A stretch of DNA of 38,915 bases from a virus. The notes beneath the pieces are model-generated. The model was not told the origin of the DNA. It saw only the letters and a list, made by a program, of their open reading frames with translations, and did not search any database. The position numbers and the translations under genes are program-made. Below are positions 8,987 to 18,117 of the stretch, piece after piece (the first letter of the stretch is position 1; each line of letters starts with the position of its first letter). Location: IMG/VR virus record IMGVR_UViG_3300045988_153185, one strand, 5' to 3'.

Positions 8987-9450
8987 ATCCCCAACCTCCT
9001 TATCTCGCTATAAAAAATTTCTTCCACTGTATCGTGGACCAGTTGATTTGTTTTGTTTCCATACACCGCATTGTATAAATTTTTATCTGCCTTTACACCT
9101 GGATGATTTTTTGCCCCTGCCCGTTTCGGACCTCCATATTGGTTCTTTGGAGCATGGCTTGGTGTTCCATACATCAGAAATACAGAAGGCAGGCCTCCAT
9201 TCGGAATATCGAAACCAATATCGACACTTCCTACGGAACCTGCCCACTCTATATGCGGCGATGTTACAATACTCTCTGCGGTGATCCCCCGATCATTGTG
9301 CGGCGCCATGGCGCTTTGGATCTTTGGAGTCACCAACTCAAATGTTTTGGCCAACGCTTTCTCAGAGACCTTTTTCGTGTCTCCTTCCATTTTCTTTAGC
9401 CTGTTTATCACATCGTCAAATCCGTCAAACTCTAATCCCATTTTCGCCAT
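8983..9450 (-). CDS. HK97 gp10-family head-tail joining protein
   Basis: MAKMGLEFDGFDDVINRLKKM... resembles the HK97 gp10 family. GAAGGTG RBS before the ATG at 9450. Confidence 0.65.
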   Translation of the reverse strand: MAKMGLEFDGFDDVINRLKKMEGDTKKVSEKALAKTFELVTPKIQSAMAPHNDRGITAESIVTSPHIEWAGSVGSVDIGFDIPNGGLPSVFLMYGTPSHAPKNQYGGPKRAGAKNHPGVKADKNLYNAVYGNKTNQLVHDTVEEIFYSEIRRLGI

Positions 9451-9465
9451 GTACACACCTTCTTT

Positions 9466-9834
9466 CTATGGACCTCCCTTGATCCTTCGGACTTTAAAGA
9501 CTGAATACTGATGCCGCTGTTCGATATCTTCCGGCTCTCCAAGGATCTCATAGACCTTGTTTTCTGCATATGCCAAAGCAACCCGCCCGCCGGAGTCAAA
9601 CATTGGATCATACCATGTCTCTATGCTTGCCGTGTCTTCTACGGCATAGACTCCATTCTTTTGTACATCAGTTCCGCCATAGGTTTTAAAACTCCCGTAG
9701 AATAAACACTTATCACCATACTTTTTTGTGGTGACTCCGTTGATTCGTTCTGCCCCTATAACAGGAAAATAATATAAAGGAGTGTTAAACTGTCTGTTTA
9801 ATTCATACATTCTATCATTTCTTTCTATAGTCAT
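9466..9834 (-). CDS. Head-tail adaptor / head closure protein (SPP1 gp16-like)
   Basis: 122 aa. Pattern ...VYEILGEPEDIEQRHQYSVFKVRRI is typical of the Phage_H_T_join family (recalled). Confidence 0.65.
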   Translation of the reverse strand: MTIERNDRMYELNRQFNTPLYYFPVIGAERINGVTTKKYGDKCLFYGSFKTYGGTDVQKNGVYAVEDTASIETWYDPMFDSGGRVALAYAENKVYEILGEPEDIEQRHQYSVFKVRRIKGGP

Positions 9835-9839
9835 ATCTT

Positions 9840-10379
9840 TTAATTTGTTCCTACAATTATAATATTTATTTTCCTTGCAGGGGCCGTATAAAAAGTTCTT
9901 ACACCAACAGATGTACCACTTTTCATCAATTCAATATACCAATCTCCATCGTATTCTACTCCATTAACTTCAAACTTCATGTGTATACTATCGTCACCCA
10001 TTGTCATTTGCACCATAATACATACATTTTTCGCAAATCCAGCTACTTTTGATGAAGTTGTAGTAAAATCAATTTGTGGATTCCCGGTATATGTAGATTG
10101 AACAGAATTATACACTTTAGTCTGTAGTTTAATTGAATTTGTTTTAGCAACTAGCTGATCCCACGTCATGCTTGCTGTGGCTCCGTTGCCAATGGCGGCC
10201 GCAAGCTTGCTTTTCCCGTCACTGGCATTTTGAAAACACTCGTTCACCGCGGCTACAACACTTGATTTATTAGAAGTTTTTAAGCTTGATAGACTTCCCA
10301 TTTCAGTCTTAGATGATGCTTCACCTCTAGAATATACTTCTACCTTATTTTTATTTTCATCAAATCCATAAGTTGCCAC
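9840..10379 (-). CDS. AT-rich inserted ORF with a fibre-type motif (possible neck/head fibre or decoration protein)
   Basis: 179 aa. Carries the LSSLKTSNKSSVVAAVNE motif seen in phage fibre proteins. Visibly more AT-rich than its neighbours. Confidence 0.5.
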   Translation of the reverse strand: MATYGFDENKNKVEVYSRGEASSKTEMGSLSSLKTSNKSSVVAAVNECFQNASDGKSKLAAAIGNGATASMTWDQLVAKTNSIKLQTKVYNSVQSTYTGNPQIDFTTTSSKVAGFAKNVCIMVQMTMGDDSIHMKFEVNGVEYDGDWYIELMKSGTSVGVRTFYTAPARKINIIIVGTN

Positions 10380-10381
10380 AA

Positions 10382-10666
10382 CTACTCACCTCCCTGGCTC
10401 TTTAACGCAAGCTGGCTGGCCCGCATCATAAAATAATCACTGAGGCGGGTCCCGCCATTCCCATAGTTCCAAAGATCTGCTACACCGCGGCTCACCAGAC
10501 CAATAACTTCATTGCCCTTTAAGATGGCCTCAGAAACACCTGCATCATCTAGAAAACACAAAACCTCATAGAGGTAGATCTTTAACGTCTCGTCATGGAA
10601 GCTCCCGGTGATTCCAAGACTTGCTTTCACCTTCGTAAGCATCGGCTCTTGTTCTATCACTGCCAT
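10382..10666 (-). CDS. gp6-like head-tail connector protein
   Basis: 94 aa, MLTKVKASLGITGSFHDETLKIYLYEV... fits the Phage_connect_1 pattern. Confidence 0.7.
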   Translation of the reverse strand: MAVIEQEPMLTKVKASLGITGSFHDETLKIYLYEVLCFLDDAGVSEAILKGNEVIGLVSRGVADLWNYGNGGTRLSDYFMMRASQLALKSQGGE

Positions 10667-10681
10667 AGCCTCCCCTCCTTT

Positions 10682-10834
10682 CTAGGATGCCGGCTGATTT
10701 CTACCGGAGGCCGGAGGCTGGTAGGCCTCCGTAACCAGCTCGATACATTCTTCTATGCTATCTGCTCTGATCTCATCCACGGAAGCCGCTCCTCCCATCT
10801 TTACAATCAGTTCTTTTAATGCGTCGATAACCAT
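10682..10834 (-). CDS. Small ORF (50 aa) between capsid and connector genes, absent from the ORF track
   Basis: ATG at 10834 preceded by GGTGAGG. Open frame MVIDALKELIVKMGGAASVDEIRADSIEECIELVTEAYQPPASGRNQPAS. It fills the gap between the two genes. Confidence 0.4.
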   Translation of the reverse strand: MVIDALKELIVKMGGAASVDEIRADSIEECIELVTEAYQPPASGRNQPAS

Positions 10835-10839
10835 CAGCC

Positions 10840-12129
10840 TCACCCTTTCTTCTTAATGACCAGCACGCCGTTTGGATCTACCAGTTTTCCGTCTGCGATC
10901 AGGATGCATTTATTCTTGATCTCATTTGTATCATGGTCAACCCATTTCACTGTCTGCATCTCCATATTGGAGTTGACTGCATAGTTGGAAAGTTTAATGA
11001 AGACTGCGATAACGTCTCCTGCCACTGCAGTGTCATATGGTTTTAAAATATCATCCTCAACCGTCTCAATGTTCTTTCCTGCAAAACGGTAAGTCTCTGC
11101 CCCATCGATGCCATAGTTCACCCTTCCGATCGGCTGGCCAACACTGTCCACCATTCCATCAATGTATCCGTCAAACGTAGACTGGGCCATAATAAACTCT
11201 CCATCACGATAAGACTTTTTCATCTTTCCGAATACCTTCTTCTTCCAAACATCCCATTTGGCGATCTCAGCATCGGTAAGCTCAATGACATTCTCTGCCG
11301 GGATACGGCTGTCTTTTAAGATTCCTAACGGCTGGCTGGTTCCATTTCCGTTCATGATTGCTACATCAAGAGCTTTGGCCATTGCTTCCACAGCCAAGGA
11401 TACAAACAATTCCTGGAACATGGACAATGTCACCACGTTGGCCAGAAGAGTCTGGGCAATCTTACATTCCAGTCCAAAATAGCTAAAGGAAATAGAATCG
11501 TTTGCCGCGATCTTCTGATCCTCACTCGGTGCAGTTTCACCAATCCACTTAGCTTCTGGTTTTAAAGAAAGGATTGGGATCTTAACGCCTCCCTGGATAT
11601 TTAACTTTCTTACTTTTGCGTACAGGTTTCCATAAGATTTCAGCTCGCTGATGATCTCATTTAAGATTGTTGTCGGAATTACTGCCCCGGCATCTCCTGT
11701 GGTTGTCACGGCATCCGCCCGGTACTCATCTGGCATCGGAACATTGCGGCAGGCAAACTCCATAAAGGCTTTACGATATTCCTCTGTGTCATAGCGTCCT
11801 GCGCTCTTCTTTTCCTGTCCTCTCATAGAGTAAGCTCCTAGGATCTCTCCGCCGCGGACCTGAGTATTCACACCATGATAAGAACGCTGTGGGTCTTCTT
11901 CCGGTGCCGGCTCCTTTGCTCCGTCTCCCGGCTCTTCTGGTTTCTTTTCATCCTCTGTCTTAGCAAGCTGTTCTTTGGCCTCTGTAAGTTCCTTTAAAAC
12001 AGCATCCAGTGTCTCTCCAAGAGCTCTTACCTCATCTGCTGTCTCTGCCTGCTTGATCTGTCTCTTTAAATCTTCTTTCTGTTCTTCCTTGCTTCTGATT
12101 AAGTTGTTTAAATAACTGCGAAAATCCAT
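10840..12129 (-). CDS. Major capsid protein, HK97 family
   Basis: 429 aa. N-terminal coiled-coil delta domain followed by an HK97-like body. It follows the prohead protease. Confidence 0.9.
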   Translation of the reverse strand: MDFRSYLNNLIRSKEEQKEDLKRQIKQAETADEVRALGETLDAVLKELTEAKEQLAKTEDEKKPEEPGDGAKEPAPEEDPQRSYHGVNTQVRGGEILGAYSMRGQEKKSAGRYDTEEYRKAFMEFACRNVPMPDEYRADAVTTTGDAGAVIPTTILNEIISELKSYGNLYAKVRKLNIQGGVKIPILSLKPEAKWIGETAPSEDQKIAANDSISFSYFGLECKIAQTLLANVVTLSMFQELFVSLAVEAMAKALDVAIMNGNGTSQPLGILKDSRIPAENVIELTDAEIAKWDVWKKKVFGKMKKSYRDGEFIMAQSTFDGYIDGMVDSVGQPIGRVNYGIDGAETYRFAGKNIETVEDDILKPYDTAVAGDVIAVFIKLSNYAVNSNMEMQTVKWVDHDTNEIKNKCILIADGKLVDPNGVLVIKKKG

Positions 12130-12141
12130 TCTGTTTTCCTC

Positions 12142-12783
12142 CTAAATTCCATATAAATACTTTGCCTTCAATTGTTCGACCTCAAGATCCCTGCTCACAT
12201 TATCCAATGTTTGACCGCCGCTCCTTGCATTATCCAATGCTGACCGTGCGTTCTCCAACGCACCCTTACAGCGTGCACTGATCGTTGTCGCCTCATATGC
12301 GGGAAAAGTGACAGCAGATACTTCTGCCACCCGATCAATTCCCGTGATATGTCTCGTTGGATAGTCAGACTCTAAGCCTTCCCATTCCTCCGATTGTATC
12401 GAAAACATGAAGGACATCCCGGAAATGTCCCCACGTTTGATCGCTGAATATAAATTCCTTGCCTCGGTGTTCTCTTCAATATCTAAATTCACTCGGATAA
12501 AGAGTCCTTCCTTATCCGGCATTAACTGCATCGTCGAGTTCCGGTTATTTCTCCGGCTCCTGGCAAGCGGTACCATATTGGTGTCATGATTTACTAAAAA
12601 CCGAACATCCTCTAAGTTTGTCTCCTTTAGGGCATCCGGTTCGATGATTTCCTGGAAACATCCTAGGTCGGTCATGGAGTTATAGATAATGGGCCGTCCG
12701 GTAATGACACCCATTCTTTCTTCGTTCTCCTCTGCCCGCATCTCAAATGTATAACTTCTCTGCTCATACTGGCTGTTCTTCAT
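12142..12783 (-). CDS. Prohead serine protease, HK97 family
   Basis: 213 aa, ...VRFLVNHDTNMVPLARS... S78-like signature. Located between portal and capsid genes. Confidence 0.85.
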   Translation of the reverse strand: MKNSQYEQRSYTFEMRAEENEERMGVITGRPIIYNSMTDLGCFQEIIEPDALKETNLEDVRFLVNHDTNMVPLARSRRNNRNSTMQLMPDKEGLFIRVNLDIEENTEARNLYSAIKRGDISGMSFMFSIQSEEWEGLESDYPTRHITGIDRVAEVSAVTFPAYEATTISARCKGALENARSALDNARSGGQTLDNVSRDLEVEQLKAKYLYGI

Positions 12784-14008
12784 CTTCTCCCCCTCCTGTT
12801 CCTTCCTGCTTCATCTGATATTGATCTGCGATCTCCACACTGACATAATTAAGGGACTGCATCCGCACTCCGTCAAGTTCCTTTAGTGGCTGGAGACCAA
12901 ACGCCACACGTTTCTCATTCTCATATAGGGAGCCACTGTCTCCCAAGAGCCTTACCATCTCCAATGTCTGGTCCACACTCATAAAAATCAGGTCTTTTGG
13001 ATAGAACTGAATCTCATTTCCATGTCCACGCTCTTTCCCGGTAAACAATACTCTGGTAAAAGCCTCCGAAAACTTCACGATTAGAGGCTCCAGCGTCTTC
13101 TGATAGAAAGCAGACAGCTGAGATGGTGTATAATCCCCGCTAAGAATGGAAAGCGGTACTCCAAATGTCCTTAAAATCTTTTCATCGATGAATTTTAAGG
13201 TATCATTGTCCACCAATTTAACTTCTTTCTTCAATGGGGTGAACTCATTTTTGATATCCAATCCTAAGAATCCATTCTCTGAGTTTTTTAGCTGATTCTC
13301 AAACTTCTTCATATTTTGTTCGATGGTCCCGTCATCCATCATCGTATTGTATTTCACGATTCCATTGACTGCGAATGATGATTTCATCGCATGCAGGACT
13401 CCATCTAGCAAAGAATTATTTAACTGTAATGTCTTTAACAATGCCTCGTGATCCGGCTGTCCAAAAATATTGCCTCCCATGTAGTCATTACTGGAATACC
13501 GATAGCGGACATGGATTACATCATCATAAGGCAGAGTCGTTTCAAAGCGGTTTGGAAATAAAAATTTCACAAACAGCCTCCCGGTACTGTCCTCAATAAA
13601 TGTCGTATTGGTTGGACGAATCGGATAGATAGCTTGATATCTCCGTTTCTCACTTCCATCCTTGTCCTTCCATACCTCATACACGGGGACTGCGAAGGAA
13701 TTATAGTCATAGAACAGATTCCACACCATTCGCTCAATTAGTTCACTCTTTGTCATGAATCCATTGGGCTGGTCAAGAATCCTTTGTCGGTCATCCCCCA
13801 CTGGGAGAAGATCGTTCCCGTTTTTACGCACATGGACTGGATTTAACTTCTGCATCTCTGATACAATGCATTGAATGGCTTGATTCACTACATCAGAAGC
13901 AAAAATATCTGTCCCAAAATTCGTAAAGATCGGGGTATTCCCACTCAGCATCCCTGCATAAGTGGATTTCTTCGGTTTATGTGAAAGTATCTTATCGATC
14001 CAGTTCAT
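12764..14008 (-). CDS. Portal protein, HK97 family
   Basis: 414 aa, immediately downstream of TerL. Typical HK97-type portal size. Confidence 0.85.
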   Translation of the reverse strand: MNWIDKILSHKPKKSTYAGMLSGNTPIFTNFGTDIFASDVVNQAIQCIVSEMQKLNPVHVRKNGNDLLPVGDDRQRILDQPNGFMTKSELIERMVWNLFYDYNSFAVPVYEVWKDKDGSEKRRYQAIYPIRPTNTTFIEDSTGRLFVKFLFPNRFETTLPYDDVIHVRYRYSSNDYMGGNIFGQPDHEALLKTLQLNNSLLDGVLHAMKSSFAVNGIVKYNTMMDDGTIEQNMKKFENQLKNSENGFLGLDIKNEFTPLKKEVKLVDNDTLKFIDEKILRTFGVPLSILSGDYTPSQLSAFYQKTLEPLIVKFSEAFTRVLFTGKERGHGNEIQFYPKDLIFMSVDQTLEMVRLLGDSGSLYENEKRVAFGLQPLKELDGVRMQSLNYVSVEIADQYQMKQEGTGGGEDEEQPV

Positions 14009-14010
14009 TC

Positions 14011-15720
14011 CTACCCCTTTCTAAGCATCTGCTTAAAGTCTGTTCGATATCTGCGGTACATCTCATATAAGATGATGTCGGTGACTGCTCCATCGATTCG
14101 TTTCGTTGGCTCCTTTTTTACACAAAGCCCCTGTCCTCTGTCATTTACTTTGACAGCGGCATTTGAAAGACACCATCGGTCTACCGCATTATTGTTGTAA
14201 TTTACTAATCTTGCTTTAAAGTCAGCTTCTAACAATTTCATTGCATTATCCAAGGTTTCTGCATTCTGCAAGATCAATACCAAATCATCATTTTCTTTGG
14301 TCCATCCATAATTATTCATTTGATGGATCCATGCCTTGGAAAACCTCTGGTCAAAGCCGCATTTCCATAATTTCAGGTCATACTTTTTATATAGCTCGTA
14401 AAACCAGTCTGCTACTTTGGCCAAATCTATATCATTACCTTCGCAAATGGTGATAAGCCCTTGTTTGGCCCATTCCGCATACTTTGCTCCGGCATTTTTA
14501 TCATCTGATTCTGTCAGCTTTCGTTCTGGTATAAAATATTTCGTGTAAATATACTTTGTCTGGTCCTCTGGACGCATAAGAAGAACTTTTGCGCATGTTA
14601 AATCTGTGGTCTCCGATAAATCCACTGCTCCCAGACAAATAGCTCCCTCAAACTCTGAAATGCCAAAATTATTCTCGTAATCATAGTCCTCAAGATTCAG
14701 CCAGCTCTCTACACTATTCTGTTTAATATTAAAATCCTTAGACAGAACAAAGATCCTGTCTGACTTAGATATCCTTGCGATATCCACCTGTTCATCGAGG
14801 TACTCCCATTTCTTGATCGTACCTAACGTTGGATTGCTTTTTACCCAGCTGTTCCTGTTCTGCCAAACCTCTTCCTCAGAGTCTTGCGTATATAACCAGG
14901 GGAGAAGACGTTCTCCTGCTATGGTATCGTCTTCTCCCCGAATAACTTTTCTGGCCTTGTCTAACTCTTGATCTAAATATCCATCCAGAACAAACCCCTC
15001 CGTAGTAATATTAATGAATTTTGGGTTCTCTTTTAATGATTGGGACTGCTCTATGGACTTCCCTATGGTGTTTTCTTTCATCTCATGCGTTTCATCGATG
15101 ATTGCAAAGTCAATATTTCGCCCTTCTTTTGATGTTGTGCGGTCTGAAAGTTTAAATACTTTGGAACCATTCTGCTTATTCTCAATAAATCGCTGATTTT
15201 TCTTGGTATCTAAGTCATGAGGATCAATCAACTGCCTCATCTTATTAATTGCATCGTATGTAATACTTGCATCTGTATCATTATTAGAACTACATACGAT
15301 ATCCGCACCATCATTTCCAACGATCAGCTCACTTAGGCCCAATGCTGAACACATCTCAGATTTTGTATTCTTTCTGGCAATCAATAAAATGATCTTTTTA
15401 AATCGATCCAGTCCAGTATCCGCCATTTTAAAACTATAACAAGTCTCAATAAATGCTTTCTGCCAACTCATCAGAACCATTGGCTTGTTATAATAAGGTG
15501 ATTTGGTAAGACGCACACAGTTTTCCATGAAATTCATTCGGAGCCTGGCATCTTTTGTATCATAATCGTAGCGGTCATCGTAAAGATCCTCATACAGGTT
15601 CTCCAATTCCATATGTAATTCCTGGCCTACTAAAATATCACCGCAGTTGACCTTCTCCCGGTAGAAAAGCAGGGAGGAATTATCTGGTGTCCATGATTTT
15701 TTCTCTTTTATCAGCATCAT
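14011..15720 (-). CDS. terL: Terminase large subunit
   Basis: About 569 aa from MMLIKEKKSW. The ATG at 15720 overlaps the TGA of the upstream gene (ATGA). ATPase and nuclease-type architecture. Confidence 0.85.
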   Translation of the reverse strand: MMLIKEKKSWTPDNSSLLFYREKVNCGDILVGQELHMELENLYEDLYDDRYDYDTKDARLRMNFMENCVRLTKSPYYNKPMVLMSWQKAFIETCYSFKMADTGLDRFKKIILLIARKNTKSEMCSALGLSELIVGNDGADIVCSSNNDTDASITYDAINKMRQLIDPHDLDTKKNQRFIENKQNGSKVFKLSDRTTSKEGRNIDFAIIDETHEMKENTIGKSIEQSQSLKENPKFINITTEGFVLDGYLDQELDKARKVIRGEDDTIAGERLLPWLYTQDSEEEVWQNRNSWVKSNPTLGTIKKWEYLDEQVDIARISKSDRIFVLSKDFNIKQNSVESWLNLEDYDYENNFGISEFEGAICLGAVDLSETTDLTCAKVLLMRPEDQTKYIYTKYFIPERKLTESDDKNAGAKYAEWAKQGLITICEGNDIDLAKVADWFYELYKKYDLKLWKCGFDQRFSKAWIHQMNNYGWTKENDDLVLILQNAETLDNAMKLLEADFKARLVNYNNNAVDRWCLSNAAVKVNDRGQGLCVKKEPTKRIDGAVTDIILYEMYRRYRTDFKQMLRKG

Positions 15721-16631
15721 TTCGTCCTTTTCCAGAAAAACACTGTGATATATGGCTGTAAATTTCCAGCGTTCCCTCCGCCGGAAGATGTCGTATTTCC
15801 ACTGTTCCCACCTGTATTCCCGTTGTTTGCTCCTGTTGTACAATTTCCAGAGGAGTTCATGGTATGTGTATGGTTACCTGTTGTATTTGATTTATAAGAT
15901 GTACTCCCAGACTCATAATTATTTGGCTTATTGTAACTTGTACCTTTCTGAACAGCACTCTTATTAATACCTAAATAGTGAAAATGATTTCCAGACCCCT
16001 GCATCGTATGAACATGGTTTGGAACATTATGTGTATGGTTATTTAGGCTATGCACATGATTATTCAGCCCATGTGCATGACTTTGCAATTCCTTATGCCC
16101 TCCTGGTTTCTCTACACTGTTAAACTCTGACTGTCCAGTGTCCACGCCGACTAAAGTTCTCCCTGCTCCAAATGGGACCCATGTCCCTCCAAGCCAAATA
16201 CTTGGATTACGGTTATTTACACTGGTGTAAACAGAACCGACCGGATAGATCAGATTTATGATATTACTGACTCTAAGGTCCTCCAGCACTCTCTCAAAGT
16301 AATAGACTCCATCCTTTTCCTGGACCATCAAATTATCGCTGTCGTTGTAGGTTCCGCCTCCTTGAAAGGTAATAGGGCCATGTGTTTGAGTATCGATCAG
16401 ATAACAAGTTTTAGCTGATGGCCATGAAAAAATCTGTCCCGATACATCAAGGCTAATGCTTCCATTTACAACTTCCGTGACAGGACCTGTATAACTTCCA
16501 AACACAATCTGTGCTGTATTAGCCGTTATATTTTCAAATGTAATCAAACAGGTCGTTTTTCCCGGCTCATTATTATTTGACAGGAGCAATAAACTGTTAT
16601 CTGCCGCATGAAATTTAATATTTATCACCAT
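15717..16631 (-). CDS. Tail-collar-domain (MdpB / T4 gp12-like receptor-binding type) protein encoded between terS and terL
   Basis: IYPVGSVYTSVNNRNPSIWLGGTWVPFG, a His-rich HxH series (HAHGLNNHVHSLNNHTHNVPNHVH) and a C-terminal NLQPYITVFFW. GAGGTGA RBS. Stop overlaps the terL start. Confidence 0.65.
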   Translation of the reverse strand: MVINIKFHAADNSLLLLSNNNEPGKTTCLITFENITANTAQIVFGSYTGPVTEVVNGSISLDVSGQIFSWPSAKTCYLIDTQTHGPITFQGGGTYNDSDNLMVQEKDGVYYFERVLEDLRVSNIINLIYPVGSVYTSVNNRNPSIWLGGTWVPFGAGRTLVGVDTGQSEFNSVEKPGGHKELQSHAHGLNNHVHSLNNHTHNVPNHVHTMQGSGNHFHYLGINKSAVQKGTSYNKPNNYESGSTSYKSNTTGNHTHTMNSSGNCTTGANNGNTGGNSGNTTSSGGGNAGNLQPYITVFFWKRTK

Positions 16632-16637
16632 TTTCTA

Positions 16638-16958
16638 TCACCTCGTTATCATTTCAGTCATTTGATTTGCCCATTCCCTTAAAGGAGAAGTCTCTGTGTC
16701 CATTTTTTCTCCGCAAGTGCTCATCAGAATCTTGATTATATTCGTGTATTGCTGTAACAGCTCTTTATATTGTTTACTGGCTGGTGTTGCCTGCTGTCTC
16801 ATAGGATTTTTGTTATCAATTCTTAGAAATGGGAGTTTTTTTAGTTCCAGCATTTGATCTTCTAAGTAAATCACCTCATCAACTAGGTTTTTCAACACCT
16901 TTTTATTGTCTTCCCCTGTTTTTTCTATGATTTTCATCAATTCTTCTTTTCTATTCAA
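16638..16958 (-). CDS. Possible P27-type small terminase subunit
   Basis: 106 aa, located downstream of the HNH gene and upstream of TerL. Weak resemblance to the P27 TerS family. Confidence 0.4.
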   Translation of the reverse strand: MNRKEELMKIIEKTGEDNKKVLKNLVDEVIYLEDQMLELKKLPFLRIDNKNPMRQQATPASKQYKELLQQYTNIIKILMSTCGEKMDTETSPLREWANQMTEMITR

Positions 16959-17064
16959 ATATTTCCCTCCCTTTTAGCTAATTTCATTTCCAAAAATCTC
17001 ATTTTTTCTGGTTTGATGAGAGAACTAATCACCCTTAACAGTCCCCTCGCAATTATTTTCTTGA

Positions 17065-17760
17065 TCAAGAGGGGGGATGGTATTTTTCTTTCCAATCCAT
17101 AATAAATTTCTGGTAATCTAAATTTCTTCTTTCATCTTTTATTTGTTCTGCTCTCTCAAGGCACTCATGAACTGGTGTATCAATAAATATCTCTCTGGCT
17201 CCTAATGCACGAGTTAATCGTTCTCTTTCACTTATCATTGGATAACCTCCAATAACATATGCATTATTCCATCTCCCTCTTCTGAATTTGATATCCTCAA
17301 TCAATTTATCACGTACTCCAAGTACCGTGCCAATCAGCCGTTTTGGCTTCATATATCGATCTAGTCCACTAATACATTCCCAAATGCTGTCTACATCAAC
17401 AATCAGATCCCCTTCATTCATAACTTCCTTTACATAGGTACTCTTACCACTCAATGGAGGTCCATAAACAAGATAGACATACTTTAGATGATTGTTAAAA
17501 GACAACTTCTCATGTATCTTGTTATGACACCGATGATGCACCAAAGCAATGTTCTCAGGATTCAAACTGATATTGGTATCATTGACATTCTCCTCGGTCA
17601 ATACCTGCTTATGATGCCCAATGCAGTCATACTCTCTAATGATTGGCTTGCCGCAGTGCTCACAGATATTCCTTCCTTCTGTATCTACTCTCTGCATCCG
17701 TATTAGACGGATACACTTTTCCCATTGCTTTGATTTATAGAATGTAGCTAAGGTAAACAT
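17065..17760 (-). CDS. HNH endonuclease fused to a P-loop NTPase/kinase-like domain
   Basis: N-terminal part: CEHCGKPI...HHKQ...HHRCHNKIH (HNH). C-terminal part: Walker A GPPLSGKST and LIVDVD. Confidence 0.75.
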   Translation of the reverse strand: MFTLATFYKSKQWEKCIRLIRMQRVDTEGRNICEHCGKPIIREYDCIGHHKQVLTEENVNDTNISLNPENIALVHHRCHNKIHEKLSFNNHLKYVYLVYGPPLSGKSTYVKEVMNEGDLIVDVDSIWECISGLDRYMKPKRLIGTVLGVRDKLIEDIKFRRGRWNNAYVIGGYPMISERERLTRALGAREIFIDTPVHECLERAEQIKDERRNLDYQKFIMDWKEKYHPPS

Positions 17761-17770
17761 CGTTTCTCCT

Positions 17771-18097
17771 TTACCAGTTGTTCTTTGTAAACTCTCCCTC
17801 TGCTTTGGCCAAAAGTTCGGCCGCTCTTAAACGATCGCTTGGTCTTGCTTCTTTGTCATTCATCATCTCTGTCCAAAATGCCTTAATCTCCTCGATAGTT
17901 GCGATCCTCTCACTCTTAGTCTTTTCTGTCAGCTCCTCAAGATATGCCTGAACGCCATCGTTCGCCAGTATCCTATATGCACATCCCCTGGCATACCTTG
18001 GACTATACCCAGCTTTTACAGCTGATCTCTCGGCATTGCCAATACATTCGCCAGCATAATACTGACAGAATAGCTTTTGTCTCTCACTTAATTTCAT
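17771..18097 (-). CDS. Terminase small subunit-like protein (Terminase_2-type HTH)
   Basis: MKLSERQKLFCQYYAGECIGNAERSAVKAGYSPRYARGCAYRILANDGVQAYL matches the classical TerS N-terminal motif. Confidence 0.7.
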   Translation of the reverse strand: MKLSERQKLFCQYYAGECIGNAERSAVKAGYSPRYARGCAYRILANDGVQAYLEELTEKTKSERIATIEEIKAFWTEMMNDKEARPSDRLRAAELLAKAEGEFTKNNW

Positions 18098-18117
18098 GAC
18101 ATTCTCTATTCACCTGC

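Noticed and set aside
10707-10733. Hairpin CGGAGGC TGGTAG GCCTCCG after the capsid gene as a transcription terminator
   Set aside because: There is no U-run on the coding (minus) strand, and the hairpin lies inside a plausible 50-aa ORF. At most it is an mRNA stability element.
12190-12260. Short tandem DNA repeat (ATTATCCAATG twice) near the 3' end of the protease gene
   Set aside because: It simply encodes the repeated peptide ALENARSALDNARS in the protease C-terminal tail. It has no independent structure.
15721-15843. N-terminal 41-codon extension of the TerL ORF in the track (MYNRSKQREYRW...)
   Set aside because: It overlaps the 3' end of the well-supported collar-domain gene in another frame. 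The ATG at 15720 has an RBS and an ATGA stop-start overlap.
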